Shown: positions 23,491 to 36,155 of the stretch, piece by piece | Layout: the number at the start of each line of letters is the position of its first letter | Position numbering within the stretch: position 1 is the stretch's first letter | Assembly (NCBI RefSeq): GCF_001194135.2 | Contig: NC_068997.1 | Coordinates: 50,457,484 to 50,521,149, forward strand | DNA from: Octopus bimaculoides | Lineage: Eukaryota | Length of the DNA stretch: 63,666 nucleotides | Direction: 5' to 3' | Notes under the pieces: model-generated | The model's input: the letters and a program-made list of their open reading frames with translations, nothing else | Databases searched by the model: none | Told to the model about the DNA's origin: nothing | Made by a program: the position numbers and the translations under genes

Positions 23491-23947
23491 NNNNNNNNNN
23501 NNNNNNNNNNNNNNNNNNNNNNNNNNNNNNNNNNNNNNNNNNNNNNNNNNNNNNNNNNNNNNNNNNNNNNNNNNNNNNNNNNNNNNNNNNNNNNNNNNNN
23601 NNNNNNNNNNNNNNNNNNNNNNNNNNNNNNNNNNNNNNNNNNNNNNNNNNNNNNNNNNNNNNNNNNNNNNNNNNNNNNNNNNNNNNNNNNNNNNNNNNNN
23701 NNNNNNNNNNNNNNNNNNNNNNNNNNNNNNNNNNNNNNNNNNNNNNNNNNNNNNNNNNNNNNNNNNNNNNNNNNNNNNNNNNNNNNNNNNNNNNNNNNNN
23801 NNNNNNNNNNNNNNNNNNNNNNNNNNNNNNNNNNNNNNNNNNNNNNNNNNNNNNNNNNNNNNNNNNNNNNNNNNNNNNNNNNNNNNNNNNNNNNNNNNNN
23901 NNNNNNNNNNNNNNNNNNNNNNNNNNNNNNNNNNNNNNNNNNNNNNN
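23491..23947. other. Assembly gap containing the 3' part of PDK exon 4. Other gaps: 11861-11914, 15586-15822, 17998-18119, 37884-37893, 39214-39350, 41833-42254, 47247-47718, 50046-50361, 52503-52834
   Basis: Runs of N, mostly abutting (TA)n or (TG)n tracts. Confidence 0.95.
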
Positions 23948-23969
23948 CTTCACCAATCTTTCGGTAAAA
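23948..23969 (-). CDS. PDK: PDK coding exon 4, 5' 22 bp only; remainder lies in the N-gap 23491-23947
   Basis: ttttatattttccag|T TTT ACC GAA AGA TTG GTG AAG then Ns = (N)FTERLVK, matching the PDK segment FTDxLVxIRNRH; phase 2 fits exon 3. Confidence 0.85.
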
Positions 23970-26759
23970 CTGGAAAATATAAAACTACGTCGCTAAAACC
24001 AACAGTGCAGAGAACATGTCTTCGCACTTTCACCATCATATTTGCAATATATTTTTTTTTTTTACTGAAGTCATTTTTTTTGCTTCTTTTCATATAAATA
24101 TGTACATATATATATATATATATATATACAAATATATATATCATATACATAGGCATATATATACACATATATGTGTTTGTGTGTGTATGCATGTGTGTGT
24201 ATGCATGTGTGTATATATATATATATATATATACACATACATGCATATATAAATATATATATATACATATATGCGAACACATTCATATGTTTCACTTTTG
24301 AATTTGTTAAGCTTCAGAAGATACAACTCAATTCATCTAAAAATGAGATATGCGATATATATATTTGTCACTGAAAGTACTCAATACAGCATTAAAAATC
24401 AAACAGAGCCATAACAACAATGTCTGTGTGAAAGAAAATAGAACAGAGCAGAAGATTCTTTAATATATATCATACGATACAGATAAACAGATATATATAT
24501 AAAGACACATACGTATACATATATATGTGTATATATATTTATGTGTGTATACATATATGTGTGTTTTTGTTTTTGGCATTTTTTAGTAAAGAGTTTGTTT
24601 TTTTAGTATTTTTGTCATTAATTTATTTGTTTGTTTTGTGTATAAATTTATAGTAAATATATAGGTTAGTGTGTTGAAGAGCAGAGATTACAATAGATAC
24701 ATATGTTTCTTCATGTCAGAGTTTGTGTGGCTGTGTACAGGTAAATATATTGGTGAATGAAATTCAAAGTCTGATTTTCATGTTATATTTTTGTGTTTTT
24801 TACAATATTACAATACTACATATTATGAAAATACAAGTACTTTCATGCCTTCTGTAATCTTCAGGTTGGTTTATATAGTAGCAGTATTAATCAACAGTTA
24901 ATAACAATAATGAAATGACTGCATTATCATTTAAATACCTTCCAATAGACTCCAGGGGGCTGAATCCTTTGAACTATATTTCAAACAATCAGCATGCAGT
25001 TTAGACACCACAGTTTGGTGATCATGCCAACCCAATTAACATGGACAGAGTCTTATCCTTAGAATGATTTCAACCAATCAGCATGCAGCTTAGGCATCAC
25101 TGCCTGATGAAGCTTGTTAGAAGGTATTTAAAGAATAAATTCAGTTGTTTCACTACAGATGTCAATTGTGAAGCAGAACAGTCAGTGTATATATATATAA
25201 TTAATTATATGTATGCAAACATGGTTTCTTTTTACTGAAAAGAGACAAAATATACACCATTGTTTTCTTCACATAAACTATAACAAAATGAGAGAGAGAG
25301 AGAAAGAGAAAAGAAAGAAAGGAAAAGGAAAATCAAGATGAGGTGTTTCTGTATTTATGTATTTGTGAATGAACGAAGAGATGTCTGGGGGTGAGGGTGG
25401 GGGGTTTCAAAGGAATGCGAAAGATCTTCAATAGAAAAGAAACTATGATGAAAATTATGCAAAAGTGCCGTAAATCCAAAACTTTGCTTTTTCAGAAAAC
25501 GATAAAATAGTTTCACCGTTCCATAGCGAAACTGTTGTACAACACTTTGACAATTTTTTTGATATCTTGGCATCGGAAGCAGCTGAAGATACGATAGTTT
25601 AACCAAAAGAACCCGCTATTGCAAGCAAACATAAATATTGAAAAAAAATGCATTTGGGCATACAACAGTTTAACATAATAGCAATGATACACACACACAC
25701 ACAGTCTACTGTCTTATGATGAGTGGGATCAACAAAAAAATGCATTCCAGCCAGTAAAAGTTATCCTTTAAAAAGCACAATGAAATGTGAGCTATTAGAA
25801 GTTTCATGCTCTGATAGTACAATAGTCAGATAAACTTGTCAGCCAGAATGATTGCATGATTGTACATCCTGTAATTATTAAATTTTACACACACATATAC
25901 ATACATCTATGCATACACACACACACACACACACATATATTCAGACACACACATATAGATACAAATATATATGTACACACACACACATATATATATATAT
26001 ATATGTACACATATATGTATATGTCCATATATATATATGTGCATCTGTATGTATATATGGGTGTGTGTATATATACATACATATACATATATATACACAT
26101 ACATATATATACATATACATGTATGTATATATAGCTACATCCCTGGCAAGGCCTCTGCCAGGGATGTAGCCAGCCCACTTATGTGTAACATTCCTTCATT
26201 GGACACTAAACTCTGCTTGCAATTAATGAGATTGTAAATAGCAATGAAAGAGCCCTGATGTACGGGGGCCAGTCAGGGGATTCTGGTATCGGCCACGTTT
26301 GGCTGGTGCTTTTTATGTGCCACCGGCATGAGAGCCAGACAGTGGGTACTGAGATCGGCCACAATGATAATCCTGTATTTTCTTTTATCAAAACCCATGA
26401 ATTTTTCAGCACTACCGTGTGTGTGTGTGTGTTATTTTACTTATATGTTATCTTATTGCATATCTTTTAATTGCTTCACTCCTTTGACTGTAGAATTGCT
26501 GTAGCAACTGCAACAAAGTTGTAATTAGTGTAAATATCATTCAGATGTCATCTTCCTATCGAAATAATCATTTCACCAAGATGCAGGTCTGAAGAAGTGC
26601 CACTCTAATGTTTAAAACCTAAATATTCCCTTGGAATTTTTAGCATGAACTGGCATTGAAAGCAGATTTGGTACAGAAACAATTGACTGATTGTTGAAGA
26701 TGTGTTAAAGTCACTTTTTGTCTTCTTGTTTGGATTATTTTTTACAATTTCCTAAACCT

Positions 26760-27159
26760 GCTGTTGTTGTTGTTGTTGGCACTCTGTCGCTTACGACGTC
26801 GAGGGTTCCAGTTGATCCAATCAACAGAAAAGTCTGCTCATGAAATTAACGTGCAAGTGGCTGAGCACTCCACAGACACGTGTACCCTTAACGTAGTTCT
26901 TGGGGATATTCAGCATGACACAGTGTGACAAGGCTGACCCTTTGAATTACAAGCACAACAGAAACAGGATGTAAGAGTGAGAGAAAGTTGTGGTGAAAGA
27001 GTACAGCAGGGTTCGCCACCATCCCCTGCCGGAGCCTCGTGGAGCTTTGGGTGTTTTTGCTCAATAAACACTCACAACGCCCGGTCTGGGAATCGAAACC
27101 GCGATCCTATGATTGCGAGTCCACTGCCCTAACCACTGGGCCATTCATTGCGCCTCCAC
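26760..27159 (-). mobile_element. tRNA-derived SINE family B, full length
   Basis: Head ggaggcgcaatg..gcccagtggttagggcag...tttcgattccc; (aac)n tail; 11-bp TSD ttcctaaacct (26749-26759 and 27160-27170). Confidence 0.92.
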
Positions 27160-27944
27160 TTCCTAAACCTATACAATAGTCTTACTGTTGTTATATCTGG
27201 ATTTTCTAAACCTGAAGAATTTTGATATAACATAAGATGTTACAATATCTTTGAACCAGTTACAATGGCCATAGATATTTCTATAAAAAGCTATGTTCTA
27301 AACATAATTTGTGTTGTTTCTGAATAAATTCAAAAGATAGAAAATTTACCCAAATAACTTCAAGTTTAATTGTGTCAGCTGTCATTCATTTTATTGTTTT
27401 ACACACGTACACAGATATATCAATATCATCGTTTAACATTCGTGTTCCACACACACAATAATGAAAAAGATGGTGTATAAAGAAAATGAAAATGAAATTT
27501 TATATATAGAGCTCAGAGTTTGTAAAATTGTGTATAGATAGATAAATATTGCAGTCAATCAAATTCCGGCATGCGAAAATCAGACGTTGTTAGAATGTCA
27601 CACGCGCGCATGCACACACACAGACACACACACACACAAAAGAAAAAAAATTGCTGCCACCATATTGGGCTGGAATAAATATAGAATCTATAAATATCAC
27701 AAAGAAATATATCTTGTCTGCGAAATTAATTAAATGAAATGAGATGGTCGCCCTGCAAAATGAACCAATTATTATTATCAGCTGAAATTGTTAGAATTGG
27801 TGGAATATCACTTGGATTAGCAGAATCGGTAGATCATCAGAGAAAATGCCGAGTGGCATTTTCAGATGGATTGGTAGAATACCAGGAAGAATACCTAGTG
27901 GTATTCAGTTCCATCCTTTTACAAGCCTGCTTGAATTAAAATCC

Positions 27945-28790
27945 CTCTGGGTAGGTTCCCTGCACAGTTAAAGATCAGCACTTCTTTACACACCTGTCCT
28001 CGTCCATATGCATCACATTCCAGCACAGTCATCTCTCTTGCACACCACATCTGATGCCTCTTATGCCTAACTTTTCTCTCAAGATGCTTACACTTTGTCG
28101 AACATGCACACTGACACTGTACATCCAGCGAAGATACTGGCTTCATTTCTTCCAAGCCTATGCATGTCCTCAGCTGCTACAGCCCATGTTTCACTGCCAT
28201 GCAGCATAGCTGTTCACACACAGGCATCAAACAATCTGCTTTTCACCCTGAGAGAGAGCCCCTTTGTTACCAGTAGGAACTTTGCCCAGCCTAATCTTAT
28301 TCTCACAGCTATGCTCTCGGAGCATCCACCTCTACTACTAACTTGGTCACCTAGATAACAGAAGCTATCTACTACCTCTCGCTTGCCCCCATGGCAGTTA
28401 ATGGAACTTATTTTCTGCCCACTTTCAGTGTTTATTGTACCTGTGCATCTTCCACATACAAAAGCTAGTTTCCCCGTTAACCTTCCTCTGATATTACTGC
28501 ACCTTTTATGTGTCCAAAGCTTACACTGGGTGCATGTTATGGAGTTTCTACCTACATCTTTTCCACAGATTGAGCAGGGCCACCTACCTGAAGGGATTTG
28601 TGATTTGTCTGCCTTCCTACTTACTAAGACTGGTTTTTGCTAGGTTAAATCTAAGGCCCTTTGATTCATGACCTTGCTTCCATTCCTGGAACTTCTCTAG
28701 TTCAGATAGTGATTCGGCTATTAGAGCAAGATCTTCAGCATAGAGGAGCTCCCAGGGGCAGCCTGTCTTGAATTCTTCTGTTATTAGGGT
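27945..28790 (-). mobile_element. Degraded RTE LINE reverse-transcriptase fragment
   Basis: Minus frame TEEFKTGCPWELLYAEDLALIAESLSELEKF..WKQG.ESKGLRFNLAKT (YADD box decayed to YAED); stops and frameshifts downstream. Confidence 0.85.
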
Positions 28791-30259
28791 GCGATGGGTA
28801 AATTGTCGCCATTTTATATTTTTAATTTCGCGCATGCACATTGTTTGTTTCTGATTTTGTGGACTACACAGTATAGTAGGGTCAGTTGGGCACTGTCTGT
28901 AAGAAAAACAGCACCATGACACAAAACCTCTTTTCTTTTGCTGATGAAAATGTTAAGGTCTTTGTGTCCCCACTGAAGCGGAAAGTGAATATGTAGTTTT
29001 GATGAGTTTTGCCTTTCATTCTTTCGGGGTTGATAAAATAAGTACCAGTTGAGTACGGGGGTTCATTATTGCTCACCCCCAAAATTGTTGGCCATGTGCC
29101 AAAATTCGAAACCAATATTATAATAATATTAATAGGGTCTGCTTTCAAAGAGGGGTTAAAAAAGAAAGTTTCTTTGTTTTTTGCTTTTTTATTAATTAAT
29201 TTTTTTCATGGTTTTTGATTCCAGTTCTTTGATGATATTTCAATAACAACTACAAGATTTTCAACATTTTTGGCATTTAACATAAAAAAAAAAAGAATGT
29301 GGCTATCAGTATTTCTTGCCAAAATATTTTCAACACACTTAATAGAATCTATGAGTTATTGTTTAACTATGAAAAAATAACATGCAACTAGACAGGGAAA
29401 TATTTCACTAGTTACCTATAAATAAAAACATGGAACTAGACAGGAAAGCTATTTTGTTGGCTAAACTAGCCGAAAGGAACGGAACTAAACAAGCTTCTGA
29501 AGTCATGACTGGACGAAATTCCTAAGTTTTGCTCTGCTTTTTATAGCATTTTACATCCATTTCTTTCTTTCTTTTTTTCCTTTTGTTGAAGCAGTTATAT
29601 TTACATAAATTAAACAAAAATGATCGAAGAGAAACAGCTAAGATTGGCCAGGGGTATATGTCCATTTGAACAACAAATCTAGGTATAGCAAATACCATAC
29701 AAGATAAATTATTGATTTATTAAAATTATCTCCATCTGTTGAGGATGTATCGTAATTGGCACAGAGAGAGAAGAGAAACAGGTGTGTTGATGATGTAAAG
29801 GAGATACTAGAGGAAAAACGAGAGAAGAAGAGAGAGCGATCAAGAATGAGAGCAGATACATGGCTAGCCATGTATCCACATATCTAAACACACACTCACA
29901 CTGCAACACAAAGTTTGTTATAAGTGGTGCATAGTAATTAGTGTATATATTTGCTATTCGTTGTTGCCTTGGCAGCAAAGTTTATGCTTTTAATAAATAT
30001 AAAACTACCTTGAGCAGTGAAATAAGAAGTAATTCAGAAATAAATGGACAAAACTATAAACACACCAGTGAGGGATGGGGTGAGGGAAGAAAGAAATGAA
30101 AGAAATATGAAACGGTCTGAGAAAGATTTTCTCAAATAGAAGAAAGTGAGAATGAACTGAATTATAAGAGAGAAGCAGGAGAGAGGGAAATCAGATGTAT
30201 ATTGGGTGTATGTACTTGCATAGCAAGTGACCTGATCTGAGATCGTGTGCTAGAACGAA

Positions 30260-30486
30260 AACAATTGCAGCGTGGAAGGTGTTTATAAGCCATTTAAAAT
30301 AACACACAAAAACCATTAGTTTCACTTCAACATTTAAATTTAATTTTCCTGGAATTTTGTCAGTAAACAGGTTGCAGTCTCAAAGCGCCGAAAATATTTT
30401 GGAAAATTAAATTTAAATGTTGAAGTGAAACTAATGGTTTTTGTGTGTTTTTAAATGGCTTATAAACACTTTCCATGCTGCAATTG

Positions 30487-30488
<2 letters not shown>
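30260..30488. repeat. Foldback inverted repeat, 90/88-bp arms, 51-nt loop
   Basis: 30260-30349 versus the reverse complement of 30401-30488: 2 substitutions and one 2-nt indel. Confidence 0.97.
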
Positions 30489-30563
<75 letters not shown>

Positions 30564-30898
30564 TATATACATATGTGTGGGTGTGTATGTATGTTACATG
30601 GATGTATATAAATAAATGCATGCAGGTGTATGAGTGTGTAAAAGAGAGAAGGAGAGAGAAGACTGAATGGTGTAAAGGAGGAGTTGGTTGTGAAGGGAGG
30701 GAGTAATTTTAATGCGGAAACAATGAGACATGGGAATGTGTGTGTGTGTGTGTGTGTGTGTATGTGATGTGTGAATATCTGTGCATGTGAGTGTATGTGT
30801 GATATCTATGTTTATACATGTATGTATGGATGTGTGTGTGGGGGTGTAGGTGTGTGTGTGTATGTTCAATGTTAATTAAAACCAAACGTCACACTTAC

Positions 30899-30970
30899 TT
30901 TTCAAGCATTTCATTATCGTCAGGGTCAGCATTTTCATATGTAAGGATCTCTTTGAAACTCAGCTGATAC
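30899..30970 (-). CDS. PDK: PDK coding exon 3 (72 bp)
   Basis: tttgtctttgtgtag|G TAT CAG...GAA AA|gtaagt encodes (W)YQLSFKEILTYENADPDDNEMLE(N); completes the TG|G Trp codon from exon 2. Confidence 0.93.
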
Positions 30971-31026
30971 CTACACAAAGACAAAGAAAACACATATTCA
31001 TTATAGTCAGTCACATAGTTTTACAT

Positions 31027-31081
<55 letters not shown>

Positions 31082-32881
31082 GGCGCAGGAGTGGCTGTGT
31101 GGTAAGTAGCTTGCTTGCCAACCACATGGTTCCGGGTTCAGTCCCACTGCGTGGCACCTTGGGCAATAGGAATAACCAATTATATCAATCCAATAATTAG
31201 ACTGCTATATCATTTTTATTAACTCCACAATGAAAGGCAAACTCGACCTCATGCAGTATTTCAACTCTGAGTTGTTAAGAAGTTAAAAGAAACGCCTCTA
31301 AGTATTTTGTCAGACATTCACTAACAACTCTGCCAGCTGACCACCTTTAATGGCCTCAATTTTGGCACAAAGACAACAATTTTAGGGGCAGGGTTTAGAT
31401 GTTTACATCAATCCCAGTACTTGGCTGGTATACTATTTTATGGACTCCGGAAGGATGAGAGGTAAAGTTGACCTCAGTGGAATTTGAACTCAGGAATGTA
31501 AAGAGCCTTTTGGCGGATGCAGTAATGTTTTTGCCAACTTGCTGCCTTAATAATGATTTCAGATTTTGGCACAAGGCCAGCAAGCTCGGGGCAGGGAAAA
31601 GTTGATTACATTAACCCCAGTGCTCAACTGGTACTTATTTTATCAACCCCAAAAGGATGAAAGAGGCAAGGTTGACTTTGGTAGTATTTGAACTCAGAGG
31701 AAATGCTGCTGAGCATTTTATCCGGCATACTAACAATTCTGCCAGCTTACCCTCAAAATTACTGGCCTTCAACCCTGCAACAAAACCAGCATCCCATCCA
31801 GGGGAAATGTTGTGATCACTTTTATGCCAAAGAAACCAGGTAAACCGGCCTTTTCGTTCCTAGGGTTTGAGAATTAAAGAATGATAAAAGATATTTTGCT
31901 CAATACAGCTCCTGGAGAACCTCCTTTAATCTGTTTGGTGGGTGGGAGAGTCTTTAAGTAGCATTAGTAAAGACAAGCAGAAAAAAGACAAAAAAAAATG
32001 AACTAATAAAAAAGAAAAGATAACATTTTCTGGACTGATTCTTGTGAATAAAAACCATTGAAACTATCTCTCACAGTATGAATTCGAGCCCTCATAAAAA
32101 CCAACCCCCCATGATGCACAGCTAATAGGGGTTAACTAGGTCAGGATAAAGATATTTTATCAGTAAAATGTCAAGTGGTGATGGTGATGGTGGTGGTGGT
32201 GGGGGTTGTGTCTGTGGTGGTGGACTGTGATGATAATAGCAGTGGTGTTTGTGGTGGTATTTGTGGTGGTAGAGGTGTTGGTGGTTGTGGTAGTGGTGGT
32301 GGTGGTGGTATTGGTAGTGGTAGTGGATGGAGGTTGGAGGTGAAAATATCAAAGAGAAAGTTGTCATTTATCATCTTAGATAGGAATTGATTTAATGTAA
32401 AACAAATGACTGGTAGCAGGTGGGAATGGGGGGAGGGGTAAATCAGTTTAGTGGGAGCAGAAGGGGGTGTTAAGGGAGTATCTAAATCTCATCTCTGTAA
32501 CTCTTTAACTAGGATCAGCTCCAGAACTACGGCCATGCTGGAGCATTGTTGTCATCTGTTTATTTTTCAGTCCTCCTCCTCCCCCCGTCACCACCACCAT
32601 GACCATCACCATCCAGAATATAAATTGCAGTCGTGGCAGATATTGGTGTCACGCAACAGGCACTCATGCTGGTGGCACATAAAAGCACCCCCTACACTCT
32701 CAGAGTGGTCGGCGTTAGGGAGGGCATCCAGCCGTAGAAACGAGGCAAAACCAAACTCAAGTCTGGTGCAACCCCTCAGCTTACCAGCCCAGTCAAACCG
32801 TCCAACCCATGCCAGCATGAACAACAAGCATTAAATGACGATGATGATGATGACGATGACGATATGTTATGATGTTATACA

Positions 32882-33113
32882 TTAGCACTTTAGCATTTAA
32901 TCCAGCCACATCGGGGCCCAAATATTCTACCTGTTTTATGTTAAAATGGACCAGATCCAACCTCTCACACCTACCCTACAATGTCATTCTAAAAATACAC
33001 AAAGAAGACATCACTGAAATCTTGAAGCTACCAGAAAATGCATCATTAATTGAAAGCAATGTAACTAAATACGCATTACTTTTGACAGATTAATTTGGAT
33101 GCCAAAGAGTTAA
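32882..33113. mobile_element. piggyBac-like MITE (degraded); related pieces at about 44497-44655, 55933-55990 and 56685-56850
   Basis: Ends resemble TTAA-ccctttagca ... tgccaaagag-TTAA; the copy at 55933 starts exactly ttaaccctttagca. Confidence 0.5.
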
Positions 33114-33774
33114 TGCACGATTAGTTAATGATTGGATAACTGGCAACAGAATAATTTCAAATCTCATTATTGTCATTGCATTGTTTCTATGAATAGCTGA
33201 TCTGAAACAGGCATGTTCTAATGAGGGAGCCTTTATGCTTGTGGTTCTCATACCTTTGGTAGCTCAGTGAATGGAGTTTAACAAATGTCCTCACCCTTTT
33301 GTTTTGTACTTCCCTGCCACTCTTGCTGATTAATTAAACAGAAGCTAATTTCGTACAGAGGTTTATATTATCTGTATGTCTTTGTAATGCTTTACATTAC
33401 CCAATCCAGTAGATGCTTCTTTTCAGGCACTCTATGTGGTCTCTTGAACGACAATAAGAAATAACAGCTAACTCTTTATCTTTCTCAAATCATCATCATC
33501 GTCATTTAGTGTCTATTTACCATGCTGGCATGGGTTGGATGGTTTGAGAAGAGCTGGCAAGCTCGACAGGCTGCACTTGGCTCCATTTCTCTGTTTTGGC
33601 ATGGTTTCTTTGGCTGGATGCCCTTCCTAATGCCAACCAGTTTGCAGAGTATACTGGATGCTTTTAATGTGGTGCCAGCATGGGCACTTTATATGTAGTG
33701 CTGGCACAGGTGCTCTTTTACATGGCGCCAGCGTGGGTGTTTTTTAAGTGGTGCCAAACATGCCAGATAATGAT

Positions 33775-34154
33775 GTTGGCACTCCATCGCTTACGATGTC
33801 GAGGGTTCCAGTCGATCCGATCAATGGAACAGCCTGCTTGTGAAATTAACGTGCAAGTGGCTGAGCACTCCACAGACACGTGTACCCTTAACGTAGTTCT
33901 CTGGAATATTCAGTGTGACAGAGTATGACAAGGCTGACCCTTTGAATTACAGGCACAACAGAAACAGGAAGTAAGAGCGAGAGAAAGTTGTGGTGAAAGA
34001 GTACAGCAGGGTTCGCCATCATCCCCTGCCGGAGCCTCGTGGAGCTTTAGGTGTTTTCGCTCAATAAAAACTCACAACGCCCGGTCTGGGAATCGAAATT
34101 GCGATCCTATGACCGCGAGTCCGCTGCCCTAACCACTGGGCCATTGCGCCTCCA
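33775..34154 (-). mobile_element. SINE family B, full length
   Basis: Near-identical to 26760-27159; 12-bp TSD ccagataatgat (33763-33774 and 34155-34166). Confidence 0.92.
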
Positions 34155-35799
34155 CCAGATAATGATAGTCTGAGATAAACTATGTATGAGTAAATGATGG
34201 AACGGTTATGTATGGAATAACTTCAACTAAAGACAGCTGAATGTAGATACAAGCAACAACACAAACAGCACACATCGAACGTGTAGTAATCCTTCCAATG
34301 CTGGAAGACTAATAAGCCAGCATTAATGAACTCGGGGGAAAATCCCTTCTTACAAATATAGATAGGGGTTGCACTTCTGTATAGTATGGTCCTAGATGTA
34401 CTATGTCCATGGGAGATGTGGAGGAGAAAAAAGGCCATCACTTGAGAATCTTTTGATCAAAATGTCTGCTGGATCAGGGCTGATCTTGGCAGCAAACAAC
34501 AATAACGGATCATTGTTGATGATGAGCATGACAATGATGATGATGATGATACATCAGCTCTTCTTGAATGAATGTATGTGTATTATTTGTTAATGTCTAT
34601 TTGTATTTTAAGTATATGTTTGGGTTTTTTCTGTTACACACACACACAGAGTAAATGATTGACAATTCCCATTTACCAACGCAATAATGGTATGCTTGCT
34701 CTCTCGCTCTCTCTCACTCACACACACACACCATCACAAATATACTATACATGGTGACTGGCAATCACATATACAAGCATATGTTCTCTCTCTCTCTTCT
34801 TCTTCTTCTTCTTCCCCTCATTCTTCCTCTCTTTCTCCTTACTCTTCCTTTCTCTCTCTCTCTCTCTCTCTTTCTTCATTCTTCTTGTCTCACTCCTTCC
34901 CCTCATTCTTCCTCTCTTTCTTCCCCACCCCTCACCTCTCTCTCTCACACACAAACACACTAACAACTGTCAATGCTATCAAATAACACAAGAATGAAAC
35001 CCAAGACTTCTCTGCTCTGCTCCTGTCCATCCTGTCCAAAACACTCTCAGCAAAAAAAAAAAAAAAATTATTCCACTTGACAAACTTTTTCCAGCACACA
35101 ATCACACACACACACACGTACAGACACAGATATACATGCACACACAATACTCAGTGGCCCCTTATATAATAACATGGCACACAAACTAGGTTATTTACTA
35201 AGACTCACACAATGGCTGATCAAGTCACACACCTTAACAAATAACACACAAACACTCACATGAACAGACACATACACACATATAGATAAAAAAAGCACAC
35301 ATGTACACACACATAGATACACACACACACACACACACATATATATACATGCATATATATACACACATATATACATATATATATACATGCATATATATAC
35401 ATACATACACATTTCCACTCACATAAAAATAGGCACAAATACACACACACAAATATAAACGTACACACACAGATATAAACACACACACATATGCAGACGT
35501 ACACATAGACACACACACAATGGCTATAAGACCATTACAGAGCAAAGTCAGGAGGCTTGGGAGGGGGAGGGGTGTTATTGTCCTCTATCACATGACAATG
35601 GGACAGCAGCCAGATTCAACATGTGACAAGATATAAAGACACATTGGGGGGATAATCTGTCCAAGCTATACTTAATTATTTCATTAAAACACTGGGGTTT
35701 TTTTCTTTCTTAATTGGTCTGTCCTAGATTAATAGATTTATGCAAATGAGTCAAGATGGCGCAGATTTGAAAATGCTTCCTGCATCAAGAAAACTGTTG

Positions 35800-36155
35800 C
35801 CTAAAGGTCAGTCCTGTTTGATATGACCTCTGACCAGCAGTCAGTTTTGATTAAGTTGACCTTTGACCAAAGGTCAACCCTGATCAAGTTAGTCTTTGGC
35901 CTAAAGGTCAGTCCTGATTGAGTTGACTTATGACCAAAGGTCAGTTTTGATTAAGTAGCCCTATCACCAAAGTTGACCTATGGCCAGAGGTCAGTCTTCA
36001 ATGGGTTGACATGAGACCCAAAATCAACCATGACTGTCCAGGCCTATTTTCAAAAGTCAGCTCTAATTAAGCTGACTTATGTCCAAAGGTCAACCCTGAT
36101 CAAGTTGACTTTTGACCAGATGTCAACACTGACTGAGATGACAATTGACCAAAGG
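35800..36155. repeat. Degenerate 33-bp minisatellite of internally palindromic units
   Basis: Consensus about caaaggtcaac-N9-gttgacctttg-ac, roughly 10 units. Confidence 0.85.

Noticed and set aside
35800-36155. Palindromic repeat array as CRISPR-like
   Set aside because: Eukaryotic intron, 9-nt non-unique spacers, degenerate repeats and no cas genes.
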